From Basidiobolus meristosporus CBS 931.73 (taxonomy: Eukaryota; Fungi; Basidiobolomycota), in assembly GCA_002104905.1 (NCBI GenBank), contig MCFE01000813.1:1-33771 (forward strand): 33,771 bases of DNA, read 5' to 3'. The notes beneath the pieces were generated by a model. The model was not told the DNA's origin, searched no databases, and saw only the letters and a list, made by a program, of their open reading frames with translations. Of this stretch, positions 32,418 to 33,771 are shown one piece after another. Numbering within the stretch: the first letter of the stretch is position 1; every line of letters starts with the position of its first letter. The translations under genes and the position numbers were made by a program.

Positions 32418-33771
32418 GGGGGGGAGACAGTCACCAACAGGTGAAATCTTTATTTCAGTTGAAACAAAGAAGCCAGTGCTACTGTTGTAGCTTTGATACA
32501 AGAGTGTGTAGCTGTGGGGAATTTGTAGGTAAGTTAATAAGAAGTGATGATAGTTCTTCAGTGCTCAAGACACTGTTCAGTGGGAAGGGGGGTAGCAAGA
32601 GAGGTAAGAATGACTTGTGAACAACATTAATGAGGGGAATGTGATAAGGATTGATATTCATCATAAAGGGAGTGTGCTGCTGCAGATATTGCTGCCAAAG
32701 GTCTGTCAAGTACTTCAGGTAGGCCAGCTTGGGTTTTTCTGACTGCAGAATATAGTGAGCAAACTTCTTGACTTCAGGATCTCCAAGTATAGTTCTCCAG
32801 CAGGAGTCAGGTGTAGTGTGGTGTGTTCTCTTCCAGGCCTTAATCAGTGGGTTGTTGCAGTTGTGAAGTCTGAGGTATAATCTGGTTCCAAGGTAGAGAA
32901 GTCTGATCTTATAGGGCATAAACCCAAAAGCACCAAGAATAGCATGTCTGTAGGGGCATTCAGGCAAATGAGGCACCAAGGAGGTAATGCACCATACTGC
33001 AAACTTGTCAAGCTTAGTGCAGTCTCTAGAAGTAAGAGAGAGAAGTGGTAAGCCAAATTCCAGGACAGGGAAGACAAACTGCTTGAGTAGAAGGAGGCAG
33101 CTGGGAGCTGAAGTTGTAGGAGGAGTAACAGCCAGTAGCTTGTGGAGTGCCTGTCTTGCCAGGATAATTCTCTTCTTCAGGTGTGCTCCAGAGTCTAGTC
33201 CAGTAGGAAGGAAAGGAAAGCCAAGATATGTAGCAGAAACCTGAGCAGGTAGAGTGGAGTTCTCCAAGTTGATGGGAGAGCCCAAAGGTACTGTCTTTGC
33301 AATGGAAAGCTGGAGATTATTCTTCTGCAGATACTGGTGGATGGTCTGGGAGTCTTGTTGCACATTGGAGGAGGATATTCTGATGTCATCAGCAAAGAGA
33401 GTAACCAGGCAGTCAGCTGAGAGTCTTGGGAAATCATTCAGGAAGATGGCAAACAGTATAGGACCAAGCACAGAGCCTTGAACCACTCCATTAGGAACTG
33501 AGAACACAGCTGATTGCTCACTTGGGTGCAGAATTCTTGCTTGTGGATCCAGAAACAGAGACCTGACAAGGAGGGTGAGAGAGGTACTGGAGAAGCATTG
33601 CAACTTGGACCAAAGCAGATTTCTGTCAACTGAATCAAAGGCCTTAGTAATATCAAACAGAACAGAGGGATACTTGCACTGGAGAGAGTGATCTTGGCTA
33701 AGTATTTAGGGCTAGGGTGTAGGTGTTATAGTAAGGGCTAGAAAAAGGTTAGAAGAGCAGGGGGCCTGGGG
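32418..33771 (-). mobile_element. Non-LTR (LINE-like) retrotransposon, RT domain and 3' end; continues past the window edge; disrupted above 33705
   Basis: Stop-free frame from 33705 to 32479 with LFDITKAFDSVDR, GVVQGSVLGPILFAIFLND, LFADDI and YLGF motifs. An in-frame TAA at 33706-33708 and stops in all three frames upstream indicate a defective copy. Ends in a C7 run, with no poly(A). Confidence 0.93.

Noticed and set aside
32418-33771. Classical RIP as the cause of the LINE's composition
   Set aside because: CpA/TpG are abundant and the long frame lacks RIP-type stops; the loss is specific to CpG.

Overview
Eukaryotic, most likely fungal DNA. The evidence is low coding density, TATA boxes about 40-77 nt upstream of CAA-rich ATG contexts, AATAAA signals and a non-LTR retrotransposon. 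An early-diverging fungus (Zoopagomycota/Mucoromycota) is my guess from the gene content and is not demonstrated. Every intact gene I can support (11) is apparently intronless, encodes a signal peptide and belongs to a locally duplicated family. (1) 3.1-19.2 kb: a + strand tandem array of 9 loci plus one decayed remnant, encoding a 6-Cys module (C-x9-C-x11-C-x9-C-x5-C-x12-C). Its last three Cys spacings match the CBM19 chitin-binding domain as I recall it. Two long forms (module + Ser/Thr/Pro linker + unknown ~120-aa domain) bracket seven stand-alone 92-97 aa forms of two subtypes. One long form has a nonsense codon and one short form a frameshift. The array shows gene-conversion mosaicism and a shared ~30-bp GAT-rich upstream element. 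(2) 21.9-24.9 kb: two 199-aa cationic secreted 3D-domain (MltA-like) proteins. (3) 27.9-30.1 kb: a head-to-head pair of DUF3472-like secreted proteins. (4) 31.2-33.8 kb: two copies of a LINE-like element that contain no CpG at all, lack a poly(A) tail and flank a CpG-rich island. A possible decayed ADP-ribosyltransferase-like gene lies at 1.7-2.2 kb. All family assignments are motif recognition by eye, not database hits.
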